Source: the human T2T-CHM13v2.0 reference genome, Homo sapiens. From it: a DNA stretch of 64,000 nucleotides. A program made the position numbers and the translations under genes. Shown one piece after another: positions 1 through 12,945 of the stretch (position 1 is the first letter of the stretch; every line of letters starts with the position of its first letter). The stretch lies in NCBI RefSeq assembly GCF_009914755.1, contig NC_060943.1; one strand, given 5' to 3'. The notes below the pieces were generated by a model, which worked only from the letters and a program-made list of their open reading frames with translations, searched no databases and was not told the DNA's origin.

Positions 1-3000
1 CACCCAAGTCCTCAATGTGCTCCAAAATACCCTTCACAGGTTCTACCAAAATAGTGTTTCTAAGATGCTCAATCAAAAAAAGGTTTAACTCTGTGAGATG
101 AATGTACACCTCACAGAGCAGTTAATCAGAAAGCTTCTTTCTAAGTTTTGTCTGAGGATATTTCCTTTTTCACCACAGGCCTGATTGCGTTCCTAAGTAT
201 ACTTTTGCAGATTCTAGCAAAACAGCGTTTCCAAACTGTTCAATAAAAAGGAAGTTTTATCTCTGTGAGATGAATGCACACATCACAAAGCAGTGTCTCA
301 GAAAGCTCCTTTCTAGTTTTTATCTGAAGATATTTCCTATTTCACCAGATTCCTCAATGTGCTCCCAAATGTCCCTTCACAGATTCTACAAAAACAGTGT
401 TTCCACACTGCTCATTGAAAAGAAAGGTTTAACTCTGTGAGATCAATGCACACTTCACAAACAGATTCTTGGAAAGCTTCTTTCAAGTTTTCATTTGAAG
501 ATATTTCCTTTTTCACCATAGGCCTCAATGTGTACCCAAATATCCCTTCACAGATTCTACAAAAAGAGTGTTTCCAAACTGCTCAAAGGAAATGTTTTAC
601 CCTGTGAGATGAATGCACAGATCACAAAGCAGTTTCTCAGAAAGCTTCTTTCTAGTTTTTATCTAAAAATATTTCCTTCTCCACCATTGGCCTCAATGCG
701 CTCCCTAATATCCCTTCACGGATTCTAGAAAAACAGAGTTTCCAAACTGCTTAATCAAAAGAAAGGATTAACTCTGCGAGATGAAAGCACACATCACAAA
801 ACTGTTTCTCAGAAATCTTTCTATTTTTTATCTGAGGATATTTCCTTTTTCACCATAGGCTTCAATGCGCTCCCTTAGATCCCTTGATAGATACTACAAA
901 AACAGTGTTTCCAAACTGCTCAATCAGAAGAAAGATTTAACTCTGTGAGGTGAATGCACACATCACAGAGCAGTTTCTCAGAAAGCATCTTTCTGGTGTT
1001 GATCTGACGATATTTCCTTTTTCACCACAGGCTTCAATGCACTCCCATATATCCATTGACAGATTCTGTAAAAACAGTGTTTCCAAACTTCTCAATCAAA
1101 AGAAATGTTTAACTCTGTGAGATGAATGCATTCATCACAAAGCAGTTTCTCAGAAAGCATCTTTCTGGTTTTTATCTGAGGTTATTTCTTTTTCACCTTA
1201 GGCCCCAATGTGCTCCCAAATATGCTTTTGCAGATTCTACAAAAACCGTTTTTCCAATCTGCTTAATCAAAAGAATTCATAAACACTGTGAGACAAATGC
1301 TGACATCACGAAGTGGTTTCTCAGAAAGCTTCATTCTAGTTTTTATGTGAAGATATTTCCTTTTTCGCCAAAGGCCTCAGTGTGCTCCAACATATCCCTT
1401 CACAGATTGTACAAAAACAGTGTTTCCAAGATGCTCAATTCAAAGAAAGTTTTACCTCTGTGAGATGAATGTACACATCACAAAGCAGTTAATCAGAAAT
1501 CTTCTTTCTAGTTTTTGTCTGAGGATATTTCCTATATCACCATAGGCCTCATTGCATTCCCCAGTATACTTTCACAGATCCTACAAAAACAGTGTTTCCA
1601 AACTGCTCAATCAAAAGAAAGCAATATCTCTGTTAGTCAAATGTACACATCACAAAGCAGTTTCTCAGAAAGTGTCTTTCTAGTTTTTATGGGAAGATAT
1701 TTACTTTTTCACCATAGGCCTCAATGCACTCCAAAATATCACTTCGCAGATTCTACAAAAACAGTGTTTCCAAACTGCTCAAGCAAAAGAAAATTTTAAC
1801 TCTGTGAGATGAATGCACTCATCACAAAGGAGATTCTCAGAAAGATTCTGGCTAGTTTTTTCTGAAGATATTTCCTTTTTCCCTAAAGGCCTCATAGCGC
1901 TCCCAAATATCCCTTCTCAGATTCTACAAAAACAGTTTTGCCAAACTGCTCAATCAAAGGAAATGTTTAATTCTCTTTTAAGAATGAATTCTTCACAAAG
2001 CAGTTTCTCAGGAAGTTTCTTTCTACTTTTCATCTGAAGATATTTCCTATTTCACCATAGGCCTCAAAATACTCCCTAATATCCCTTTGCAGATTCTACA
2101 AAAACAGTGCTTCCAAACTGTTCAATGAAAAGAAAAGTTTAATTCTTTGAGATGAATCCACACATCACAAAGCACTTTCTCAGAAAGCTACTTTGTAGTT
2201 TTTATCTGAGGATATTTCTTTTTCACTGTAGGCCTCAATATGCTCCTAAATATCCTTTAGCAGATTGTACAAAAACACTATTTCCAAACTGCTCTATCAA
2301 AAGAAAGTTTTAACTCTGTGAGAAGAATGAACATATCAAAAAGCAGATTCTCAGAAAGGTGCTTTCAAGTTTTTACCTGAGGATATTCCCTTTTCCACCA
2401 TAGCCTTCAATTTAATCCCAAATATCACTTAGCAGATTCTCCAAAAACAGTGTTTCCAAACTGCTCAATCAAAAGAGAGCTTGAACTCTGTGAGACCAAT
2501 GCAAACATCACAAAGCAATTTCTCAGAAAGACTCCTTCTAGTTTTTATGAGAAGATATTTCCCTTTTCCGCCTAGGCCTCAATGCTCTCCATATATCCCT
2601 TGGAACAGTCCACAAAAACACTGTTGCCAAACTTCTCAATAAAAGGTAAGTAAAAACTCTGTGAGATGAATGCACACATCAGAAAGTAATTTGTCAGAAT
2701 GCATATTTCTAGTTTTTATCAAGGGATATTTCCTTTTTCATGATATGATTGTAAGTGCTCCAAAATATCCCTTCACAGATTCTATAAAAACAGTGTTTCC
2801 AAATTGCTCAATCAAAAGAAAGGCTTAAGCCTGTGAAATGAATGGACTCATCACAAAGCAGTTTCTCAGAAAGCTTCTTTCCAGTTTTTATCTGAATATA
2901 TTTCTTTGTTCAACATAGACCTCAACTGCTCCAAAATGTCCCGTCGCAGATTCTACATAAACAGTGTTTCAAAACTGCTCAATCAAAAGAAAGGTTTAAC

Positions 3001-6000
3001 ACTGGGAGATGAATGCAATCATTACAAATCATTTTCCCAGGAAGGTTCTTTCTAGTTTTTATCTGAAGATATTTCCTTTTTCACCATAGGCCTCAATGTG
3101 CTCCCTTATATCCCTTTGTAGATTCTGCAAAAACAGTGTTTCCAGAAGGCTCAATCAAAAAAAGATTTAACTCTTTGGGAAGAATGCACACATAACAAAG
3201 CCATTTTTGAGAAAGCTCCTTTCTAGTTTTTATCTGAAGATATTTCCTTTTTCACCATGGGCCTCAGCACGCTCACAAATATCCCTTCACAGATTCTATG
3301 AAAACATTGTTGCCAAACTGTTCAATCGAAAGAAATGTTGAACTCCTTGATATGAATGTACTCAAGACTAAGCACTTTCTCAGAAAGCTTCTTTCTAGTT
3401 TTTATCTGAAGATATTTACCTTTTCACCATAGGCCTCAACATGCTCCCACATATCCCTTAGCAGATTCTGCAAAACAGTGTTTTCAAACTGCTTATTCAA
3501 AAGAAAGTTTTAACTCTATATGATAAATCCACTCTTCACAAAGCAGTTTCTCAGAATGCTTCTTTCTAGTTTTAATCTGAAGATAATTCCTTTTTCACCA
3601 TAGGCCTCAATGTGTTCCCGAATATCTCTTAGTAGATTTTGCAGAAACAGTGTTTCCCAACTGCTCAATCAAAATTATGTTTTAACACTGTGAGATGAAT
3701 GTACACATAAGAAAGCAGGTTCCAGAAAGCTTCTTTCTAGTTTTTACCTGAAGATATTTCCTTTTTCACCATAGGCATCAAGGTACTCCCAAATATGCCT
3801 TCTCAGATTCTCCAAATCACTGTTCCCAAACTGCTCAGTCAAAAGAAAGGTTTAACTCTTTGAGATGAATTCACTCATCACAAAGAAGTTTCTCCAAAAG
3901 CTTCTTTCTAGGTTTTCTCTGAAGATATTTCTATTTTCACCATTGGCCTCAATGCGGTATAAAAATCCCTTCCTAGATTCTACAAAAACAGCATTTCTAA
4001 ACTGCTCAATCAAAAGAAAGATTTAATTCTGTGAGAGGAATGCACAAATCACAAACCAGTTTCTGAAAAAGCTTTTTGCCAGTTTTTGTCTGAAGATATT
4101 TCCTTTTGCACCATAGGCCTCAATGTGCTCCTAAATATCCCTTCACAGATTCTACCGAAGCTGTGTTTCCAAAGTACTCAATTGAAAGAACAGTTTAACT
4201 CTCTGAGATGAATGCACACATCAAAAATCAGTTTTCCAGAATGCTTCTTTCTAGTTTTTTTCTGAAGATATTTCTTTTTTTTACCATAGACCTCAATGCA
4301 TTCCCAAATATCCCTTGGTAGATTTTACAGAAGCAGTGTTTCCAAACTGCTCAATCAAAATAATGGTTTAACTATGTGAGATGAATGCACAAATCAAAAA
4401 GCAGTTTCTGAGAAAGTTTCTTCCTAGTATTAATCTGAAAATATTTCCTTGCTCACCATTGGCCTTTAAGTGCTTCCAAATATCCCTTCTCATATTCCAC
4501 AAAAGCTGTGTTGTCAAACTGGTCAATCAAAAGAAAGGTTTAACTCTGTGAGATGAATGCACTCATCACAAAGCAGTTTCTCAGAAAGCTTCTTTCTAAT
4601 TTTTAACTGACAATATTTCCTTTTTCACCCTAGGCCTCCATGCGCTCCCAAATATCCCTTGGCAGATTTTACCAAAACAGTATTACCAAAAGGCTCAATC
4701 AAAAGAAAGTTTTAATTCTGTGAGATGAATGCACTCATCAAAAAGCAGCTTCTCAGAAAGCTTCGTTCTAAGTTTTTATCTGAAGATATTTCCTTTTTCA
4801 CCATAAGCCCCAATGTGCTACCAAATATCCCTTCGCAGATTCCACATAAACAGTGTTTCCAAACAGTTCAATCAAAAGAAAGGTTTAACTCTATGAGATG
4901 AATGCACTCATCCAAAGCAGTTTCACAGAAAGCTTCTTTCTAATTTTTATCTGAAGATATTTCCTTTTAAACAATAGGCCTCAATGCACTCCCAAATATC
5001 CCTTCACAGATTCTACTAAAACAGTATTTCCAAATGGCTCAATCTAAAGGTTTAACTCTCTTAGATGGATGCACACTTCACAAAGCAGTTTCTCAGAAAG
5101 CTTCTTTCTGGTTTTTGTCTGAAGATATTTCCTTTTTCACCATTGGCCTCAGTGGGCTATGATACATCACTTTGTAGACTCTATAAAAAGTGTTTCAAGA
5201 CTGCTCAATCAATAGAAAGTTTTATCTCTGTGAGAAGAATGCACATATCACAAAGGGGTTTCTGAGAAAGTTTCTTTCTAGTTTGTATCTGAAGATATAT
5301 CCTTTTTCACCGTAGACCTCAATGCATTCCCAAATGTCTCTTTGCAGATTATACAACAGCAGTGTTTACAAACTGCTCAATCAAAAGAAAGGTTTAACTC
5401 TGTGAGATGAATACACACATCACAAAGCAGTTTCTCAAAAAGCTTCTTTCTAGTTTTTATATGAAGATATTTCCTTTTTCTCCATAGGCTTCAAAGTGCT
5501 CCCAAATATCCCTAGGCAGATTCCACAAAAACGGTGTTGCCAAACTGCCCAATCAAGAGAAAGTTTTAACTCTGTGAGATGAATGCACTCATCACAAAGT
5601 AGTATTGCAGAAAACTTCTTTCTAGTTTTTATCCAAAGATATTTCCTTTTTGACCATAGGCCTCAATGTGCTCCCAAATATACCTTTGCAAATTCTACAA
5701 AACAGCGTTTCCAAACCACTCAGTGAAAAGAAAGTTTTAACTCAGTATGATGAATGCACATTTCTCGAAGCAGTTTCTCAGAATGCTTCTTTCTAGTTTT
5801 TATCTGAAGATATTTCCTTTTTAACCACAGGCCTCAATGCACTCACGAATATCCCCTTGCAGATTACACAAAAACAGTTCTTCCAAGCCATTGAATCAAA
5901 AAAAAACAAAAAGATTTAACTCTGTGAGATGTATGCACACATCCCAAAGCAGTTTCCCAGAAAGCTTCTCTCTAGTTTTTATCTGAAGTTATTTCCTTTT

Positions 6001-9000
6001 TCACCATAGGCCTTAAAGCACTACGAAATATCCTTTCTCAGATTCCATGAAAACAGTGTTGTCAAACTTCTCAATCAAAATAAAGGCTTCACTCTGTGAG
6101 ATGAGTGCACTCATACTAATCAGTTTCCCAAAAAGGTCTTTCTAGTCTTTATCTGAATATGTTTCCTTTTTAACCATAGGCCTCAATGCACTCCCAAATA
6201 TCCCTTCACAGATACTACGAAAACAGTGTCTCCAAACAGAGCAATCAAAAGAAAGGTTTAACTATGTGAGATGAGTGCACACATCACAAAGCATTTTTTT
6301 TCAGAAAGCTTCTTTCTAGTTTTTCTCTGAATATATTTTGTTTCACCATAGTCCTCAATGAGCTCCCATATATCTCTCGTAGATTTGAAAAAAACAGGTT
6401 TCCAAACAGCTCACACTAAAGAAAAGTTTAACCCTATGAGAAGAATGCACACATCACAACGCGGTTTCTGAGAAAGCTTCTTTCTAGTTTTTATCTGCAG
6501 GTATTTCCTTTTTCACCACAGGCCTCAAAGCGCTCCCAAATATTCCTTTGCAGATTATACATGAACAGTGTTTAAAAACTGCTCAATCAAAAGACAGTTT
6601 TAACTTTGTGAGATGAATGCACACATCACAAAGCAGTTTCCCAGAAAGGTTCTTTCCATTTTTTATCTGAAGATATTTGCTTTTTCACCATAGGCCTAAA
6701 AGCATCCCAAATATCCCTTCTCAGACTCTACAAAACAGTGTTGCCAAACTGCTCAATCAAAAGAAAGTTTTAACTCTATGAGTTGAATGCACACACTACC
6801 AAGCAGTTTACCAGAAAGATTCTTTATATTTTTTATCTGAAGATATTTCCTTTTTCACCATAGACCTTAAAGCACCCCCAAATGTCCTTTCACAGATGGC
6901 ACAAAAACAGGGTTGCCAAACTGCTTAATCAAAAGAAAGTTTTAACTCTGTGAGATGAATGCATTCAACACAAAGCAGTTTCTCAGAAAGCTTCTTTCTA
7001 GTTTTTATCTGAAGATATTTCCTTTTTCACCATAGGCCTGAATGCACTCCCATATATCCCTTTGTAGAGTCTACAAAAATGTGTTTCCAGATGGCTTAAT
7101 CAAAAGAAAGGTTTAACTCTGTGAGTAGAATGCACACATCACAAATTGTTTTCTGAGAAACCTTCTTTCCAGTATTTATCTGAAAATATTTCCTTTATTA
7201 CCTTAGGCCTCAATGCACTCTCAAATATCCCTTCACAGATTCTACGAAAACAGTGTACCCAAACTGCTCAATTAAAAGAAAGGTTCACTCTGTGACATGA
7301 ATGCACACAGCACAAAGCAGTTTCTCAGAAAGCTTCTTTCTAGTTTTTATCTGAAGTTATTTCATTTCTCATTATAGGCCTGAAATTGCTCCTAAATATC
7401 CCTTCTCAGATCCTTCAAAAACACTGTTGCCAAACTGCTGCGTCAAAAGAAAGGTTTAACTTTGTGAGATTAATGCACTCATCACAAAGCAGTTTCTAAG
7501 AAAGCTTCTTTCTAGTTTTTATCTGAAGATATTTCCTTTTTCAACATAGGCCTCAATGTGCTCTGAAATATCCCTTTGCTGATTCTACCAAAAGAGTGAT
7601 TCCAAACAGCTCAATGAAAAGAAAGCTTTAACTCTGTGAGACGAATGCTCACATCACAAACCAGTTTCTCAGAAATCCTGTTTCTGTTTGTCTCTGAAGA
7701 TATTTCCTTTTTCACCACAGGCCTCAATGCACTCCCATATATCCCTTCCTAGATTCTACAAAAACAGTGTTTCCAGACTGCTCAATCAAAATAAATGCTT
7801 AACTCTGTGAGAAGAATGCAGACAACACAATGCAGTTTCTGAAAAAGTTTCTTTCTAGTTTTTCTGAAGATATTTTCTTTTTCACTATAGGCCTCAATGC
7901 GCTCCTATATATCCTTTCATAGATTCTACAAAAACAGTGTTTCCAGACTTCTCAATTGAAAGAAGGGTTTAACTCTGTGAGAAGAATGCACACATCACAA
8001 AAGAGTTTGTAAGAAAGCTTCTTTCTTGTTTTTCTCTGAGGATATTTCCTTTTTCACCACACGCCACAATGCACAACAATATGTCCCTTCAGAGATCTAC
8101 AAAAACAGTGTTTCCAAACTGCTCAATTAAAAGAAAGATTTAACTCTGTGAGAAAAATGCACACATCACAAAGGGTTTCTGAGAAAGTTACTTTGTAATT
8201 TTTATCTGAAGATATTTCATTTTTCATCTAAGGCCTCAATACTCTCCCAAATATCCCTTCACAGATTCTACAAAAATAGTGTTTCCAAAATGCTCCATCA
8301 AAAGAAAGGTATAAGTCTGTGAGAAGAATGCACACATCACAAAGTGGTTTCTAAGAAAGATGCTTTCTAAGATTCATCTGAAGATATTTCCCTTTTCACC
8401 ATTGGCCTCAATGCGCTCCAAAATATCCTTTCACAGATTCTACAAAAACAGTGTTTCCAAATTGCTAAATCAAAAGAAAGGTTTGACTCTCTGAGATGAA
8501 TGAACTCATCACAAAGCAGTTACTCAGAAAGCTTCTTTCTAGTTTTTTTCTGAAGATATTTCCTTTTTCAACATAGGCCTCAAAATGCTCACATATATCC
8601 CTCCACAGATTCTACAAAAAGAGTGTTGCCAAACTGCTCAATCAAAAGGAAGGTTTAACTCTGTGAGATGAATGCACACATCAGAAAGTAGAGTCTCAGA
8701 AAATTTGTTTCTACTTTTTCTCTGAAGATATTTCATTTTTCACCATAAGACTAAAATATCTCCCATATATTCCTTCGTAGATTGTACAAAAACAGTGTTT
8801 CCAGACTGCTCAACCAAAGGAAAGGTTTAACTCTGTGAGAAGAATGCACACATCACAAAGCAGTTTCTGAGAAAGCTTCTTTCTAGTTTTTATCTACAGA
8901 TATTTCCTTTATCACGGTAGGCCTCAATGCACTCCCAAATCTCTTTGCAGATTCTATGGAAACAGTGTTTCCAAACTGCTCAAAAGAAAGGTTTAAACCT

Positions 9001-12000
9001 GTGAGATGAGTGCACACATAATAGAACAGTTTCCAGAAACCTTCTTTCCAGTTTTTATCTAAAGATATTTCATTTTTCACCATAGGCCTCAAAGCACTCC
9101 CAAATATCCCTTTGCAGATTGTACATAAACAGTGTTTCCAAACAGCTCAAGCAAAAGAAAGGATTAACTCTGTGAGATGAATGTACATATCAAAAGCAGT
9201 TTCTCAGAAAACTTCTTTCTAGTTTTTGTCTGAAGGTATTTCCTTTTTCACCATAGGCCTTGAAGCACTCCCAAATATAACTTTGCAGATTCTACAAAAA
9301 CAGAGTTGCCAAACTGTGCCTTCAAAAATTGGTTTACCTCTGTGAGATGAATGCATTCATCACCAGGCAGTTTCTCAGAATGATTCTCTATAGTTTTGAT
9401 CTGAAGATATTTTCTTTTCTACAATAGGACTCAATGTGCTCCCAAATATCCCTTCGCAGTTTCCACAAAAACAGTGTTTCCAAACTGCTCAATAAATATA
9501 AAGTTTTAACTCTATATTATGAATTTGCACATCACAAAGCAGTTTCTCAGAAAGCTTCTTTCTAGTTTTTATCTGAAGATATTTCCTTTTTCACCATAGG
9601 CCTCAATGCACTCCCAGTATCCCTTGGTAGATTTTACAGAATCAGTGTTTCCAAACTCTTCAATCAAAATATGGTTTAACATTGTAAGATCAATGTACAC
9701 ATCACAAAACAGGTTTCTGAAGGCTTCTTTCTAGTTTTTATCTGAAGATATTTCTTTTTTCACCATAGGCTCTGAAGCGCTCCCAATTATTCCTTCACAG
9801 ATTCTACAAAAACAGTACTTCCAAACTGCTCTATCAAAAGCAAGTTTTAACTCTGTGAGAAGGATGCACTCATCACAAAGCAGTTTCTCTGAAAGATTCT
9901 TTCTAGTTTTTATGTGAAGACATTTCCATTTTCACCCTAGGCCTCAATGCACTCCCAAATATCCCTTCATAGTTTCTAGCAAAACAGGTTTTCCAACCTG
10001 CTCAATAAAATAAAGGTTCAACTCTCTGTGATGAATGCACACATCACCAAGCAGTTTTTGAGAAAGCTTCTTTCTAGTATTTTCCTGAAGATATTTCGTT
10101 TTTCACCGTAGGCCTCAATGCTGTCCCAAATATCCCTTCACAGATTCTACAAAAACAGTGTTTCCAACCTGCTCAATCAAAAGAAAGGTTTCACTCTCTG
10201 AGAAGAATGCACACATCACAAAGCAGTTTCTGAGAACAGTTTTTTCTATTATTTATATGAAGATATTTCGTTTTTCACCATAGGCCTCAATGGCTCCAAA
10301 ATATCCCCTCACAGATTCTACAAAACTGGGGTTCCAAATTGCTCAATCAAAAAAATTTTAACTCTATATGATGAGTATGCACATCACAAAGCTCAGAATG
10401 CTTCTTTCTTGTATTTATCTGAAGATGTTTCCTTTATCACCTTAAGCCTCAATGCACTCCCAAGTATCCTATGACAGATTTTACAGAAACAGTGTTTCCA
10501 ACTTTCCCAATCAAGATAATGGTTTAACTCTGTGAGACGAATGTACACATCACAAAGCAATTTCCAGAAAGCTTCTTTCTAGTTTCTATCTGAAAATATT
10601 ACTTTTTTCACCATAGGCCTCGAGTCCTCCCAAATATCCCTTTGCAGATTTATAAAAACATTGTTTCCAAACTGCTCAATCAAAAGAGACGTTTAATTCT
10701 GTGAGATGAATGCACTTATCAACAAGCAGTTTCTCAGAATGATTCTTTATAGTTTTTATCTGACGGTATTTCCTTTTTCACCAAAGGCCTCAATGTGCTC
10801 CCAAATATCCCTTTGCAGATTCTACAAAGCAGTGTTTCCAAACTCCTCAACCAATAGAAAGTTTTAACTCTTTATGATGAATGTGCGCATCACAAAGCGG
10901 TTTCTCTGAAAGCTTCTTTCTAGTTTTTATCTGAAGGTATTTCAATTTTCAGCATAGGCCTGAAAGTGCTCCCAAATATCCCTTTGTAGATTCTACAGAA
11001 ACAGTGTTTCCAAACTGCTCAATCAAAAGACAGTTTTTAGTCTGGGAGAAGAATTCAGTCATCACCAAGCAGTTTCTCACAAAGCTTCTTTCTAGTTTTT
11101 ATCTGAAGGTATTTCCTTTTTCACCATAGGTCCCAAAGCATTCCCAAATATCCCTTTGAAGATTCTACGAAAACAGTGTTTCCAAACTTCTCAATCAAAA
11201 GAAAGGTTTAACTCTGTGAGATGAACGCACACATCACAACGCAGTTTCTCAGAAACATTCTTTCTAGTTTTTCTCTAAAGATATTTCCTTTTTCACTTTA
11301 GGCCTTAATACGCTCCCAGATATCCCTTCATAGATTATACATAAACAGTGTTTCCAGACTGCTCAATCAAAAGAAAGCTTTAACACTGTGAAAGTAAGAC
11401 ACACATCACAAAGCTGTTTCTGAGAAAGCTTCTTTCTACTTTTTGTCTGAAAATATTTCCTTTTTCACCATAGACCTCAGTGTGCTCAAAAATGTCCTTT
11501 CATGGATGCTACAAAAATAGTGTTTCCAAATAGCTCAATCAAAATAAAAGTTTAACCCTGTGAGATGAATGCATTCATCAGAAAGTAGTTTTCCAGGAAG
11601 CTTCTTTCTAGTTTTTATCTGTAGATATTTATTTCCTTTTTCACCATAAGCCTTGAAGCACTCCCAAGTATCTCTTCACAGATTCTACAGAAACAGCATT
11701 GTCAAACTGCTCAATCAAAAAAAAAGTTTAAGTCTGTGAGATGAATGCACTCATCACCAAGCAGTTTCTCAGAAAGCTTCTTTCTAGTTTTTATCTGAAT
11801 ATATTTCATTTTTTACAATAGGCCTCAATGTGCTCCCATATTTCCCTTCACAGATTCTACAAAAACAGTGTTTCCAAAGTGCTTGATCAGAAGAAAAGTT
11901 TAATTCTGTGAGAAGATTGCACACATCACAAAGCAGCTGCTGGGAAAGTTTCTTTCTAGTATTTATGTGAAGATATTTCCTTTTTCACCATATGCCTCAA

Positions 12001-12650
12001 TGCACACCTAAATGTCCCTTCCCAGATTCTACAAAAACAGTGGTTCCAAACTGCTCAATCAAAAAAAAGGTTTTACTCTGTGGGATGAATTCACTGATCA
12101 CAAAGCAGTTTCTCAGAAAGCTCCTTTCTAGTTTTTATCTGAATGAATTTCCTTTTTCTCCATAGGCCCTAATGCACTCCCAAATATCCCTTCACAGATT
12201 CTACGAAAACATTGTTTCCACACTGCTCCAACAAAGTAATTTTTAACTCTGTGAAAAGAGTGCACACATCACAAAGCAGTTTTGACAAGGTTTCTTTCTG
12301 GTTTTTATCTGAAGATATTTCCTTTTTCACCATAGGCCCCAAAGTGCTCTGAAATATCCCTACACAGATTCTACAAAAACAGTGTTGCCAAACTGCTCAA
12401 TAAAAAAAAAAAGTTTTAACTCTGTGAGATGAATGCACTCATCACCAAGCAGTTTCTCAGAAAGCTTCTTTCTGGTTTTTATCTGAAGCTATTACCTTTT
12501 TCAACACAGGCCTCAAAGCGCTCCCAAATATCCCTTTGCAGATTCTACAAAAACAGTGTTTCCAGACTGCTCAAACAAAATAAAATCTTAACTCTATGTG
12601 ATGAATTCACACATCTGGAGCAGTTTCTCAGAATGCTACTTTCTAGTTTT
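1..12650 (-). repeat. Monomeric alpha satellite, family 1
   Basis: Tandem ~171-bp units of the form GAATGCACACATCACAAAGCAGTTTCTCAGAAAGCTTCTTTCTAGTTTTTATCTGAAGATATTTCCTTTTTCACCATAGGCCTCAATGC. This is the reverse complement of the conventional alphoid consensus. The A-box/pJ-alpha motif TTCCTTTTTCACCATAG is present and monomers are divergent. Confidence 0.97.
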
Positions 12651-12945
12651 TTTTTTTTTTCTTTTTGAGACAGAGTCTTGCTTTGTCTCCCAAGCTGGAG
12701 TGCAGTAGTGCAATCTCGGCTCACTGTAAGCTCTGCCTTCCGGGTTCACACCATTCTTCCTCAGCCTCCTGAGTAGCTGGGACTACAGGCGCCCACCACC
12801 ATGCCCAGCTAATTTTTTTGTATTTTTAGTAGAGACTGGGTTTCACTGTGTTAGCCAGGATGGTCTCGATCTCCTGACCTCGTGATCCACCCTCCTCGGC
12901 CTCCAAAAGTACTGGGATTACAGGCATGAGCCACCGCACCGGGCC
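12651..12945 (-). mobile_element. AluY SINE, full length
   Basis: Poly-T precedes the reverse-complemented Alu dimer, which ends in GGCC at 12942-12945. AluY-type diagnostics on the minus strand: GATCACGAGGTCAGGAGATCGAGACCATCCTGGCTAACA and GAATGGTGTGAACCC. TSD TGCTACTTTCTAGTTTT at 12634-12650 and 12947-12963. Confidence 0.95.
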